A stretch of 62,083 nucleotides of DNA, filler included, from Asterionella formosa (GCA_002256025.1; 13 parts of 13 records of this genome joined end to end with filler, not necessarily neighbours in it), one strand, 5' to 3'; counted from the whole stretch's first letter, positions 1 through 12,491 are shown. Program-made: numbers and translations. Notes: generated by a model from the letters alone, not told the origin.

Positions 1-2
1 TA

Positions 3-500
3 GGAGCATCGCCCGACGCTCTCTTGTGCTATCCGAACGGAACAGTTGAAGTCTTGGAAGTGAAAAATCATTGTCCTTTTGTGATGATCAACGGCCGAAC
101 GCGCTTTGCAATTCGAGAAATGTTCTTTCAGAAGCCGTACCTTCCGCCATTGTATGTCTCCCAAATGATGATGGAAATGAAATGTGTCGGTCCGGATTGC
201 AAATCTGCCGTTATGGTCCGCCAAACAGCATCCACGGGAGCATTTATCCTGCGACTCCATCGAGACGACGAGTGGATTGATGAAATGATTTATTGGCTAA
301 CCACGTTTCAATCAGAATTTGTCGACAATGAATGTCCGCCTCCTCAAGACTTCTTCTGGGAGGACCAACGATATCGACGGTTTTTAGAACGAACCATAGA
401 GCTATGTTGGGGGGTGCAGGTCTTGAAACATGTCCCTCACCATGAAATTCAACGCAAGGTGGGTCGTATGCCGAATGCAACGCCCATGTTTTTGGACTAA
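3..500 (+). CDS. 3' part of a YqaJ/lambda-exonuclease-like PD-(D/E)XK nuclease (5' end outside the window)
   Basis: Reading in frame from position 3 gives GASPDALL...VEVLEVKNHCPF...YVSQMMMEM, the GASPD / ExK-CP / YxxQxxxxM motif order of YqaJ-like nucleases. Stop TAA at 498-500. Confidence 0.7.
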   Translation, partial: GASPDALLCYPNGTVEVLEVKNHCPFVMINGRTRFAIREMFFQKPYLPPLYVSQMMMEMKCVGPDCKSAVMVRQTASTGAFILRLHRDDEWIDEMIYWLTTFQSEFVDNECPPPQDFFWEDQRYRRFLERTIELCWGVQVLKHVPHHEIQRKVGRMPNATPMFLD

Positions 501-995
501 AACAGGCAGAAATTGGATGCTACATTAAAGCTTTCAAGCAAACCTAGCAATTTTTTTCTGATGAGCTGCCATGGAGCTTTTTAGTCGAATAAAATTTCAA
601 TTGAATAAGCGCTGTGATAAAGTTCTTTACCAAATCACCTGAACTCACATTGCTGAACAAATTGATGGCATTAAAATTTCTGGTTAATAAATTTACTGGG
701 ATGTTGTATCACACGTATTTTCCTCAAAAATGGATTCCATTTTCGCCAAAATGCATTGCATGCAACCTCATTTTGAGATGCTGGTATGTTGATGCCAACG
801 GACTTTTTTGGTGCATAATATTGCCAATGCATCATCAGTTCAGTTCTGCCAGACAAAGTACCAGGATTCTGTGTGCCTCCACTGGACAATTGTCTGGTAT
901 TTGAGAAAATGATCAAACTGTTGTTCATCAAGACAAACACAGTGAAGCTAGTGATTTTCGGTTGAAGTTCAGTGACGACCACCTTCACGGCATAA

Positions 996-1024
996 TCCCA
1001 GACAATTGTCCAGTAAATATCTAG
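996..1024 (+). mobile_element. Possible Helitron 3' terminus
   Basis: Near-palindrome ccagacaattgtccag, then 7 nt, then CTAG|T at 1021-1025. An inverted copy of the same 20-mer lies at 881-900. Confidence 0.3.
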
Positions 1025-1910
1025 TACTAGCTTGCAGTAGCTCTCTACTGAAGGCTAATTTTTTAAATGGAATCCTGATTGAGCAAAAAATGTGCTTTTT
1101 TGTCAGTACAACTGTGATACATATGTGGCTTCAACTGTTATTTAGAATTGCACCAATCAACATCACTCTAATGTAAGACATATACCATTTCTGTGAGTAC
1201 AAGTATGGTACATAATAATTATTGAAATAACTGCTATAATTTTTGCGTGCACATTCATTATCACATTTTTCTTGCTCATTTGCAAATTCTTGGTTGCATC
1301 CTCTTCCCTTTGTGCTCACCATCATGATGCCGCATGTCCCTCTTCATCCTCATGGCATTCCTTTAGAGGAATTCAATCAGCAGATGATGATGGACAAGGG
1401 TACATGCTGGGCATACATATCTGACAGTTTGGCCTCTTTTTGCTGGTGTGTTGAACACAAGCCAGGATGGCTTACATCATATGCCCAGAACAAAGTGATT
1501 CTTCCCAAAATGGAGGCAGCATGCATAGGTACAAGGGAAGAAAAAATCGTGTGAGAAACAGATTTGTTGAATTGATTCAGCATGCTGCAGGGGAAGCCAT
1601 CATGATGCTCTCTGCAATCACTCCAGCAGGGTATATGGTATATCTCCAGAACCTTTGCCATTCTTGGTCACAAGATCGGCTGTCCAAGAGCTGCTATGGG
1701 AATAAGTGATCAGATCAATTCAACTAAATCAAGCTACATAATGGCACAGGCTTCATAGTTGATTTTGAGCAGGAAGTGAGCAACTTTTTGCATGGTTTTT
1801 ATCGGATTATTGCAGTAGAGAATCATTATGGGTTAGGAGAGATTTGTGAGGATAATTACCCCATGAACAATCAACTATATCACCTCATTTGTAATTGGTT
1901 CATTGAGTTA

Positions 1911-2149
1911 AAAGTTAATTAAATTTTAATACTAGTATGTTAAAGCTATCCAATAATTGTACTCGTGCCCAGTTAAATGGAAACAATTAGTACCAGTTGT
2001 ATTCATCCATATGGTACAACAGTACCTGTCTCTTTGTCAGCCTCACCCCCAGAACCCTAGGGACTACTTCATAAAGGAAATACAGGTGGAAATTGCAGGA
2101 ATCGAACCCGTTACCTCATGAGGTGTGCTAACCAATTAAGTCATTCCCC
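1911..2149 (-). mobile_element. tRNA-derived SINE, copy 1
   Basis: The minus strand starts GGGGAATGACTTAATTGGTTAGC (A box) ... GGTTCGATTCC (B box). It is collinear with 19602-19838 and flanked by a 19-bp TSD with 2 mismatches (taattggttcattgagtta 1892-1910; tacttggttcattgactta 2150-2168). Confidence 0.85.
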
Positions 2150-2413
2150 TACTTGGTTCATTGACTTAGGAACTTTGTGGGAAGGTCCTTTTGTGGTCTA
2201 CCCATGTTACTTGCATGATTCTCTTCCTCTCCCCCTATGTTTTTAAAATCTGAAACGTTTGGTAATAAAACCAAAGCTGCAGTGTTTCCAATGATGCTCT
2301 TATGGACTATGTACCAGTTGATGGACTCCCCAGTATATCAGCAGGCGGTATTTGTCGTAGTCACGTGATCATTTTCATATTCTATCGCCTATTACATACT
2401 GGAGTGATATTAA

Positions 2414-3602
2414 CTAGTAAAGGATAAATGGATCACGATATAAACAACTGCTTTGCAAATCATGACAAACCCAATCGTTGCCAGACACAGAGAAAAGTGT
2501 TCACCAAATGTTTAATTCTACTAATGTGTGCTGTATAATTAATTTCATACCCTGTTGGTTTTACTGCTGTCTGGTACCAGGTACCAGCCAAGTAGCTGTT
2601 GGCTGCCCGGTATAAATCCATGCATGGGTTGTTCAACATATATGTGTATTGGTCATACATATTTCCGCCATACTGTGCCTGTTCACTATTGAATGACTTT
2701 GCTTACCTGGGGCACATTGTAATATTTCTCTGCTACTCCCCTTCATTCAAGCTGTTAATCAATGTATGGTGGTTGTCACAAGATTTCCCAGGTTTGCTGT
2801 GGAATCAATCTGAAATTTGAACAAATATGGAGAAGTATCTCATCAATTCATTTGCCTGATTTCTGTGATGCAATAAGCTCCCCTTTTTGCTATTCTGATG
2901 CCATGGGACATATCTCCCCCATCTGCGGTGTTCCAGGGACAAGTGGCCAGTGAAAAGAAGAAAGATATTCAAGAACACAGTCTCCCTCTCATCATAGTGT
3001 AGGGTTCTTGTACATGCTGGCAAAGGAAGTCCTTGGTTGTTGGGAGAGTAAAATAATAGAGAAAAACCCCATGTTATGAAACTTTTGTTGTTGCTGTGAG
3101 CATCTGAGTAGGCTAGATCCAGCAGTGTGCCGAGAGCTTTGGGTAGAGAGAAATACAACAGTAAATGCTGAGACACACACAAACTACTGAGGCACACCGC
3201 TTCTACATGGTGACTTTTGGTTTGCAACAACAGCTGCTTTGACCAGATGGAATCTGCGTCAAAGTACAATGGGTCCAAGGAGGAGAGGGAGCGGAAAGGT
3301 CTGATAAACTAGTAAAGGATAAACGGATCACGATATAAACAACTGCTTTGCAAATCATGACAAACCCAATTGTTGCCAGATACAGAGAAAAGTGTTGACC
3401 AAATGTTTAATTCTACTAATGTGTGCTGTATAATTAATTTCATACCCTGTTGGTTTTACTGCTGTCTGGTACCAGGTACCAGCCAGGTAGCTGTTGGCTG
3501 CCTGGCATAAATCCATGCATGGGTTGTTCAACATACATACCACCAGTATGTATTGGTCATACATATTTCCACCAGGGGCACGTTGTAAAATTTCTCTGCT
3601 AA
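2414..3602 (-). mobile_element. Putative non-autonomous Helitron-like element in partial tandem (about 0.9 kb unit plus about 0.3 kb 3' duplicate)
   Basis: Direct repeat 2412-2735 vs 3307-3602, with one internal deletion of about 40 bp. Both copies end CTAG|T on the minus strand (2414-2417, 3309-3312). A TC start at 3304-3303 follows the junction. Confidence 0.5.
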
Positions 3603-4194
3603 TTCCCATCATCGTCACAAAAGATAATAAATATTATTTATGATGTCGTTCTGTTGATTTCGACATCAAGTATGGCATACGAACAGATTCTGGATTCCGT
3701 CCTGTGGTACACTCGTGTGCGGAATATATTGTATGTAGCCTATTCATATCTGACCTACGTAAATGTCGAAGTGTCCGGTAAAACTGAAATGCAACTCATC
3801 GTCACTGCCCAAAATATTCCATATGCATTACCGTTATACCGGTATATGATAAAATGCGAGCATTTTCAAATTACAAGAAAAATGCATTTCCTGTATATAG
3901 CTCTAGACTATGTAATGTGCTGCCGGTTTACTGGGTAGTATTCTAAAACATGTTCACGTACGAACAGAGCCTAATGCCTATCACCATTCGCCTGCCATTT
4001 GTACCTGTTGCTCCTCCCTGGAAGTAAACTACCGGTAAAAAGTGTTGTATCTCATTACCGGTAGGCGATGGCTTGGTTCGACCAGCCATCATGTATTTAT
4101 GTTTATCATACAGCTTCTAACCGCTAAGGTGCTTTCCCTCCATGTTTTATTGTACCAGTAAAGTAGTACAAAAAATGAGGATAAGTAGTAACTA

Positions 4195-4335
4195 AATTAG
4201 CTACCTACTGTACACTACCGGTACGAATTCTCAATTAATTGCCTCCTAACCTTCGTTGCGACTACTCAATTAGCTACCTACTGTACACTACCGGTACGAA
4301 TTCTCAATCAATTGCCTCCTAACCTTCGTTGCGAC
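4195..4335. repeat. Tandem duplication, 73-bp period
   Basis: aattagctacctactgtacactaccggtacgaattctcaat(t/c)aattgcctcctaaccttcgttgcgac at 4195-4262 and 4268-4335. Confidence 0.9.
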
Positions 4336-4810
4336 CATGTATTCCGGTAAATGATGTGATTGAGCGAACTTCGTCCGGCTGGTACGTGTTCAGCGAAAAG
4401 ATTGGCATATAAATGTATTCTGTCATGTATATAAAATGGTATTTTGGTGTTCTCGTTTTACCAGTATCTCACAGCCTTTCAGTTCGATGCCTTACAGTTG
4501 AAATGATGGAAAAGTGAATGCTCCACGCTCGCCTTCCCATTTGATCGCCCCGCCCCGCTTGCTGTATCACATTCCGACTATTTCCCTGTGCGACAAATTC
4601 AAGCCTTGACGGTTGAAAATCTAAAACCTTCTCGATTTAACAATCGTGCGATCTATTTTGCTCCCAGCATGTCGGCATCCCGGACTGCTGCATTGAGTCG
4701 CTACCTGGCTNNNNNNNNNNNNNNNNNNNNNNNNNNNNNNNNNNNNNNNNNNNNTTAATTAATTAANNNNNNNNNNNNNNNNNNNNNNNNNNNNNNNNNN
4801 NNNNNNNNNN

Positions 4811-5392
4811 AGTAGGTGAACAAGCAAGGAATCTGCTGGACTGAAGATATATGTGTTAGCCATATCACAGGATTTACTGAAATCAATAAACAAGCTTCCC
4901 CTGAGCGTCAATTGATCATATCTTTGCTGTAAGACTCCAAATGTTGACCTGGCTTGTAAGGATACACAAAGAAGTTTGAATCTTGATGTTTAGTATGTTG
5001 TTATCCTTCATCAATTGGACCACTGGAACTTGAGAGGACATCAACAATATTAATTCTAATTGGACTCTTTTTGAATTCAAAGTGAAGTATCTAACTAGAA
5101 GTAGTAGTATTTGTTGAATATATGAGCTTATTTGTTAATCCTTGTGTGTAACTCGTTCTCCAAGTCGACACCAAAGTATACAATGAGGGTTAGTCGAGTT
5201 CTCTCATTATTGAGTTCTTATACATACATGATATAACACTAACCCTATATACATCTGTATTGATGCGCAAGATCGCTCACCTGGTACCAGGGGTGAATGT
5301 TAATAGTTGATACTATTCGTAGGTTCCTTGGTTGTCCACCACCACCGCCGCACGCTACATACATTATATATATTTATATGTGTATGACAACA
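4811..5392 (-). mobile_element. Ty3/Gypsy 5' LTR plus degenerate gag start (same family as 28776-32286)
   Basis: 5056-5288 aligns with 32057-32288 and 4811-5050 aligns with the gag N-terminus at about 31810-32045. LTR 5112-5392 is bounded by TGTTG...CAACA. Confidence 0.8.
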
Positions 5393-5483
5393 TTTTGTTA
5401 ATGCAGTTGGCCTGCCTTCTTTATGCTCACACCATTTGCCTCATTGATTTCTGTGTTCCTTTAATTCTTGGAATGCAATACAG

Positions 5484-6370
5484 CAACGACATGTAAGCGT
5501 GGAGATGTAACGATAGATCAATTTAATTACGCTTCTGTCACTTCTTTGTCGAGTGCAGGATGGTTCAACGGCAAGTTAGAGGCTGATTGCCCAGCCCTCA
5601 CCCAGTTTCTTGGACGATTCGGTAATGCTGGTCCATTCCCCTACAAGACTTACACTATTCCTCCTGCCACAACACAAGTGAAGGTGGAGTTCGACTTCTA
5701 CCAAATAGACAGCTGGGATGGTGGCACTGATAGCCTAAGGGTACTTCTCAATTCTCTTTCGATTGATTTGGGTTCGTTCCAGACTTCTGACATCTCTACG
5801 CCTGGACACGTGCCAGGAACCCCAGTTAACCGACAATACCCTACCGACGTTTCCGTTGTGTTAACCACCCCTAAGAGGACTACTTCAATCGCTTGCTTCT
5901 CTTATGGAAATGAAATCATTCATCACATCACGATTACCTTGCCTAGCAAATATTTCAGCACGGGAAAGCTAACTTTGGAATTGCAGCCCTGGTTATCTAG
6001 TGATTATTATTATGAGGCCGGCGGCTTTGACAACATCAAAATCACCATACTTGATTGTGACATGGACCGTGATGGTTACCCTGATTATGCAAACGATAAA
6101 TGTCTTGGAACTCCCAGCGGTGCAAAGGTTGATTGGCAAGGCTGCAGCGGAAAGCAAAATGTCGTGAAGAATTGTGGCAGTTTATGTTCGGATGCCAGCA
6201 CGTGCTCAAAGAGCAAATATGTAACATGTGTGAACAAATATGCCTCCTCCCAGCTTCAATCTGGACTTTTAACATCTACGCAGAAAGACACAATGGTCTC
6301 ACAATTGATCTTAGGTTGTGGTTGCCCACACACCAGAAATCTTCGGTCTGGTCCTGACAGTGATGAATAG
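5484..6370 (+). CDS. Terminal exon of a probable secreted Cys-rich protein with a thrombospondin type-3-like Ca-binding repeat
   Basis: About 295 open codons after a polypyrimidine tract and a TACAG acceptor at 5483. Contains DMDRDGYPDYANDKCLGTPSGAKVDWQGC (TSP3-like), FDFYQIDSWDG, a Cys-rich C-terminus and RNLR near the end. Confidence 0.65.
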
Positions 6371-7337
6371 ATAAGCCAGAAATGTGAACCTGGAGAATCG
6401 GCAGTAATAATGCGTGCTTGAATGAAGGAATGGTACATGGTTGATATTCAAACCTTCCAGCAGATACAGGTGATCAACGCGAAGGAATACATAGAATTTA
6501 GTGAGAACAGAAAAAACCCATCTAACCAACAAAAACAATACATATCATTAATAAAGAAAAACAAATACGTATTTAGGAAGAATGGTTTTATTGCAAAGTA
6601 GTGCAAGCCTCCAATGTTGCCAATGGCTATTATATCTTCCGCCCCAAGTGACAGTAGGGAAGCAGTAGCCTTCATTGAGAACTTTCAAGTAATGGGAGGT
6701 ACTATCAACTTATTTTTGGATTCATAGACCACGCTAAGTATTGTTGTGCACCCGACCATCATTTGGCCCATTACATGTTCCTCCAAACGAGCACAAAACG
6801 TTCGTTATGCCTCCTACTTAGACTGTTAGCTTTTGTGGGTACAGTTGTATGACAAAAAATAGCTACAGAATGTAGGCATGAGCATGGCTGCTGATCCTGA
6901 AGTGGTGAGCACATTCATCCTGAAAAAGTGCACGGGAGACCTTGAATAGTGACAAAATGCAGCAATAAGTATTTTCAAGAAACGTGATCGAATCAAGCAC
7001 CTTCTGTAGATCGAAACCCTCATACAAAAAATGAAACCATCAAAGCCTTAAATATTAATAATAAATGTAAGTTGTCTAATTTGTATAAATATAAATGCAC
7101 ATCGCCTCCAACAACGGTTTAGTACTGGCAGCAGGAAGTCACATGTTCAATCACTTTAAGTTTCGTAAATTTCGTCTCTCACTTGGATTGCTACTCCATG
7201 AAGAAATTCTGCACCCAGGACGACGCTTCCGTCTCTGAAAAGCACCCTCAATCCCAGTGTATTTTACTTTGTAGGGATGAGATCAGGCATTAGGAAGAGT
7301 TGACCACTTTATATCGGCTCATCAACCAGTCATGATG

Positions 7338-7652
7338 TTATGCCTCCGAACTGGTGGGCAATGGTGCATTTGGAGGTCCACCATCATGTAGTGGTTTCCG
7401 AGGATGAACCAGATCTTTCACTTCAAAATAGCGATTACTGCCGGAATATTCATCTACAAACCATGCAAATTCTTTACCTTGGTCGTCCCGGAAAACACTT
7501 CGAGCTGCCACGATCGGCGGACCGTCCTCAATCACTTCAGCAGGTTCTGAAATTAAAATGGTGGGATGTGGATGTGGGGGAATGGAGGGAGAAAATGTTT
7601 CCGTTGAATGAAGCATGGAAACTAAAGCAAGACCAAAACGCTGGATGTTCAT
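7338..7652 (-). CDS. Small hypothetical protein or pseudogene with a signal-peptide-like N-terminus
   Basis: MNIQRFGLALVSMLHSTETFSPS resembles a diatom bipartite presequence and the composition is protein-like, but the ORF is short with no recognisable domain. Confidence 0.3.
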   Translation of the reverse strand: MNIQRFGLALVSMLHSTETFSPSIPPHPHPTILISEPAEVIEDGPPIVAARSVFRDDQGKEFAWFVDEYSGSNRYFEVKDLVHPRKPLHDGGPPNAPLPTSSEA

Positions 7653-10600
7653 GATGAGATTTTACGTGTTGGGTTAAATGATTTCTATGATGGGAGAAAA
7701 ATGAGAAGCAAGGAGTCGTATCATGTACATCATACATGTATAGGAATGACAAGATTTTCCAATGAGAACTGATTTGACATGACATACCGGTAACCAAAGA
7801 AAATAGGTACCGGAGTACCAGGTACAATCATACCGGTAGATGTTGTTGATTCGCTTACATATGATAGTGGTGATTGAGGAGTTCGTATGCCGGTTAATCA
7901 TGATGTGTGCGACATGACTACCCCTGGTACCAGGTATCTGGTACCTGGTTCCTGGTAATATATAATACTACGGGGTATATCATAGCAATTCCCGCTCCAG
8001 CTATAGTCTTGCCATTCGGGTACTTCTAAGTAATTTTTAGTCTCTAAGTAATTTCTTAAGTAATTTTTATTTAGGGGCAATATGGGGCACATCGAATTTT
8101 TCGGCAATAAAATTGCCGATTTTAGCATGACAACCAGAATAACGGTAATATGCATAGAGATGGTACAACAAGCGTAAAACACACGAGAATGATTGTAACA
8201 TGCAACATCAATGAAAATTGAACATGATGTTTGGAGCAACCAAAGTATGAAATGCGATGTAATAAGTAGCATCAAATGAGAAATAGAAAAAATTGTTTTG
8301 AGTTAGAAATGAAATAAAAAATAAGAGTTCCAATGGAGACGTATGCATTGTGAATCATTGTAGTAGACTACTTACACAGGCAGCATTGACTTTCCATCAG
8401 CACCATACAATCGAAGACCGAAAGAAGAAGAAAAAAAGCTCAACCCAATGTAGACCTGCATCGTTTTTAGCGTCAAAGGTCTGGTTGCTGCAACCATGCG
8501 CATCGCTGTAGTATCCTGACACCACCCAGTAGCAGTATTTCCGCCACAGTCATTCCTCTCCGCCCACCAAACAGGCAACCCTGATCATTCCATTCTGAGC
8601 AAGCGTGATCGCCACGCTGCTCCAGCACTTTTGACTCTCTCTAGCTGAGTATTCATGTAGCTTCTGATACGAACTCGCAGTAGAAATGTAGAAAAGCGCG
8701 TTAGTACAAGAAATGCATTGCTTGGCGGCAATATTGACATCATTGTCAATGACTATACAAATCAACAACGGCACAATACCACATCTTCAATGAGTAGTCA
8801 TTGATAAATGCATTGGTTCTCATGTAGATATGTACAATCGAAACAAAACTACAGTGCGTAACGACAAACAACGATGGAAGCGATCAAAACAAACCACGGA
8901 AGCAATCAAATCGGAAAGTCGATAAATTCGATAAATACGATCTACAATCCACATTCAGTATTTCACTGTTGTACTCACCGATCCGCTTCAACTAGCATAA
9001 CAAGCAGCAGAAGATGGGATAAAAGAAAGACGAACGTTGCCTATTGCAAGCCCGAATAGAGCAAAGGCAGGCAAGATAGAGTGAGAACTATATTTGTGAG
9101 GACGAAATCGGGCATATGGTACTTAAAATCAATGAATATGTGAACGATATAATTCAACATTTCAGGTCTCGTAGAAATAATACTGAGTCTACAGAGGTAA
9201 TATTATAACGTGTTCAAAGTAAGCGTTAAAGCATGCATGGTTGTTTTTAGTACCACGTACGTATGTAGACTAGATGACTGCCGGTACCGGTAGAATATCC
9301 GTTAAGCATCATTACATACCGGTACATGACCGGAGCAAAAACTTGCCACCAACATCAGATGTATCGATATCATCGTGCGTCCGACGAAATATGGACGATG
9401 CGACTACATGAATACCTCGAGAAGACAAGCAATCCAACAATCAACCGCATCCGTTAGGCAAAGAATCGCTACTGGCGTCATCGCGGAACTGATTTCGCTT
9501 CAAACCGGTCATGATGGACNNNNNNNNNNNNNNNNNNNNNNNNNNNNNNNNNNNNNNNNNNNNTTAATTAATTAANNNNNNNNNNNNNNNNNNNNNNNNN
9601 NNNNNNNNNNNNNNNNNNNGATAATCAAATTTCGGGGAGCATTGCCACTGAATTATGATTTCGCAGCACAAACTGAAATATTTAACCAACAAATGGAAGT
9701 TGTTATGAATCACATGACAACTAGCTACCGATGTAACAATTCGGCTTCTGCCACTTGGGAAAGTCACTGCAGAAAGCAGCATTTTCAAACTGGAAAAGAT
9801 GGCCAAATAAGAATAAATCAAGGTCACTGAATGTTTTCGCGAGGAAGAAATACATTGACACATATTTTTTCATAGAAAGTCACAATAACACTATTCAAAC
9901 ATAAGGCGGTTAATCCTAGTAGTGCCATGTCTAAAAGAAAACGTTTTTTATTGACAAGGACAAGCTAGTCTACTGGACCTAGAAGTATACAATGTCCAGA
10001 TTGGATAGTTGTTTTGGAAAAGTAGTTTTGCAGTATCAGCAGATAGAACAAATAAATGGCTGTTATGTTCATTACTGGGACCAGAGGTTTCAATAGACTC
10101 GGACTTTCAGGTCAGGAGTCAAGGTATCAAGTTTGCAAAATTTCTTTGCAAACAAGCAGTGCGAGAAAGATCTTGATTGGTCATTCCAGGTCATTACAGC
10201 AACTAGTAGGAATAAGTGCCACTGTCAACATCTTCCATATAAATGTAAGGGTTTTGTTGACAATGAATGCCACGATGTGACTGAGAAAATTGTACTGGAG
10301 TACCGGTACTTGGACATATGTAGCCCTACCGGTAGACGCGACTGCTCGTCGGGCTCCGGATAAATTCTTAGCATCGTCGCCGCAATTATTTTCATGCAGG
10401 GGAGCGCGAGGGCGAGTACCGGTACCGGTACCGGGAACAGAATTCTTTTTTTGCTACCGGTATCATCATTCTTGTCGTTGGCGAGGAAAAAATTGATTGG
10501 CCCATATGAATCATGCATTCAGACTGATATCCCGAGATGGCTATAGCTAATTAAATATCAACACGCACTTCAAAAAGCCAGAAGTAAATGATGGGTTGTG

Positions 10601-10784
10601 TGATGTTTTGTTCTTGTACTGGAGTACTACCGGAATGTATACCAGTAGTTAATATTTTTTATCTATCGGCATATGCGAATCTGCTACCGGTATTCGTTCC
10701 TTTTCGAAATTGCAGAAGCAAAGGACGACAAGACAATAGTCACCTGATCGCTATAAAGATCAAATCACGAGGGAGCCTTGCAAC

Positions 10785-12491
10785 ATGAAGCGAACAGTAG
10801 CCCTCGTTGGTGCTCTGCTCTTCTCTGCCAACCATGCTGGCGCGTTTACTATTCCAAGCTCTGCGTTGTCCCGATCTCTGATTGCCAAATCCATAATGCC
10901 GGGGCCGACGACAAGCGCTAGCTGGAACTCGAAAGGTTTGAAAATGAGCGACGTTGTCGCAGGGGAGGATCCTTTGTTCGAACCCCTTGGCGTGGGCATC
11001 AAGCGAGATATTTCCACGAGACTTCCGCACTTCAAGTCAGACATCACCGACGGATTCAATCTTCAGTGCCTGGCCGCAATTATGTTTCTATTCTTTGCTT
11101 GTTTAGCACCTGCCGTTGGCTTTGGAGGACTTTTTTCTATTGCCACAAACGGCGCTATAGGAACTATGGAGATGGTCAGTTCAACTGCTGCTTGCGGAGT
11201 CATCTACGCATTGACTGCTGCACAGCCATTAACGATTATCGGATCAACTGGGCCGGTTCTTGCCTTTGTGGCATGCTTAGTGCAACTTGCCAGTATCATG
11301 AGCCTCCCCTTCCTTCCTCTCTACACTTGGACTGGACTCTGGACTGCTGCTATCCTTTTTATCTCCTCTATTACATCGGCGTCTAACCTGGTCAAGTACT
11401 TGACTCGATTCACTGATGAGATCTTCTCAGTCCTTATCAGTGCTATCTTCATTGTTGAGGCCGTCTCCGATGTCAGCGCAACGTTTTCTAGTCCATCCTC
11501 TAACTTTGCAAAAGCCTTGTTGACCTTAACTTTGACAACTGTCACGTATGCTACGTCCACCTTTTTGAAGGGACTCCGCAACACTGCGTACCTATCCAAA
11601 TCTGCACGAGACACCATTTCCAACTTTGCTCCTACTATTGGTGTCGTGGTTGCATCATTGATTGCCAAGTGGGCCAGGGTTACTCATGGACCTGGAATTG
11701 CCGGACTTCCTTCTCTTTCCCTCCCTGCCACCTTTGCCTCGACTTCTGGACGCCCATGGTTGGTACCTCTCATGGAGTTGCCAGTATGGGCTCGTTGGGC
11801 TTCCATTATTCCTGCCTTGATGGCCACTGTGTTGCTGTTTTTGGATCAAAACATTACTGTTCGTGTTGTCAACAACCCTCGCTACAAGATGACAAAAGGA
11901 CGTCGATTGGGTAATGTCTTGGATGGAATGCATGCTGATATGCTCGTCATATCCATTTTGACCGCCCTTCAATCACTTATTGGCTTTCCTTGGCTCGTTG
12001 CTGCTACAGTTCGTAGTATCTCTCATGTTCGGGCACTTTCTAAATTCGATGAGAAGACTGGCGAAATATCCGGATCTATCGAACAGCGGGTGACTGGCAC
12101 AGCAATTCATGCTCTTATCGGATGCTGCGTCTTGTTACCCAAACCTCGAGCACTCCTCACACAAGTTCCTCTTCCTGTTCTAATGGGATTGTTCATGTAC
12201 TTGGGGGTTTCCGCTCTACCAGGAAACGAAATGTGGGAAAGAATTACGGGCTTCTTCAAGGACAGTGCGGTTGCTCCCAAACAGCCTTGGACGGATAAAG
12301 TCCCTACTAAAATTGTCAACCTATTTACCATGATTCAAGTTGCCTGCCTTGGGGCCATGTTCTACGTCAAGAGCAGTAGCTTCGGTGTCCTATTTCCCGT
12401 GGTTATTGCTATGCTCGCTCCTCTACGCTTCGCTCTTGAGAAAACAGGCCTAGTCAAGAAGGAGTACATTGATATTCTCGACGACGAATAA
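10785..12491 (+). CDS. SLC4: SLC4-family bicarbonate/anion transporter, probably plastid-targeted
   Basis: 568 aa multi-TM ORF with SLC4/BOR motifs FLFFACLAPAVGFG, QPLTIIGSTGP, TRFTDEIF, LLFLDQNIT, AATVRSISH, EQRVTG and GLFMYLG. The N-terminus has a signal peptide, an AGA|F cleavage motif and a Ser-rich transit peptide. Confidence 0.93.
   Translation: MKRTVALVGALLFSANHAGAFTIPSSALSRSLIAKSIMPGPTTSASWNSKGLKMSDVVAGEDPLFEPLGVGIKRDISTRLPHFKSDITDGFNLQCLAAIMFLFFACLAPAVGFGGLFSIATNGAIGTMEMVSSTAACGVIYALTAAQPLTIIGSTGPVLAFVACLVQLASIMSLPFLPLYTWTGLWTAAILFISSITSASNLVKYLTRFTDEIFSVLISAIFIVEAVSDVSATFSSPSSNFAKALLTLTLTTVTYATSTFLKGLRNTAYLSKSARDTISNFAPTIGVVVASLIAKWARVTHGPGIAGLPSLSLPATFASTSGRPWLVPLMELPVWARWASIIPALMATVLLFLDQNITVRVVNNPRYKMTKGRRLGNVLDGMHADMLVISILTALQSLIGFPWLVAATVRSISHVRALSKFDEKTGEISGSIEQRVTGTAIHALIGCCVLLPKPRALLTQVPLPVLMGLFMYLGVSALPGNEMWERITGFFKDSAVAPKQPWTDKVPTKIVNLFTMIQVACLGAMFYVKSSSFGVLFPVVIAMLAPLRFALEKTGLVKKEYIDILDDE

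Noticed and set aside
3296..3330. Hammerhead ribozyme / Penelope pseudo-LTR at ctgataa...
   Set aside because: Lacks the CUGAnGA and GAAA core with paired stems.
4711..4810. Recurrent N-run / TTAATTAATTAA / N-run blocks throughout the window
   Set aside because: Artificial contig-joining spacer with stops in all six frames. ORFs ending 'LIN' or containing X runs are artefacts.
8370..9060. Possible decayed minus-strand gene
   Set aside because: Short broken frames with no recognisable motif.
11066..12331. Short overlapping or antisense ORFs within SLC4 and other long genes
   Set aside because: Shadow ORFs of real coding sequence.
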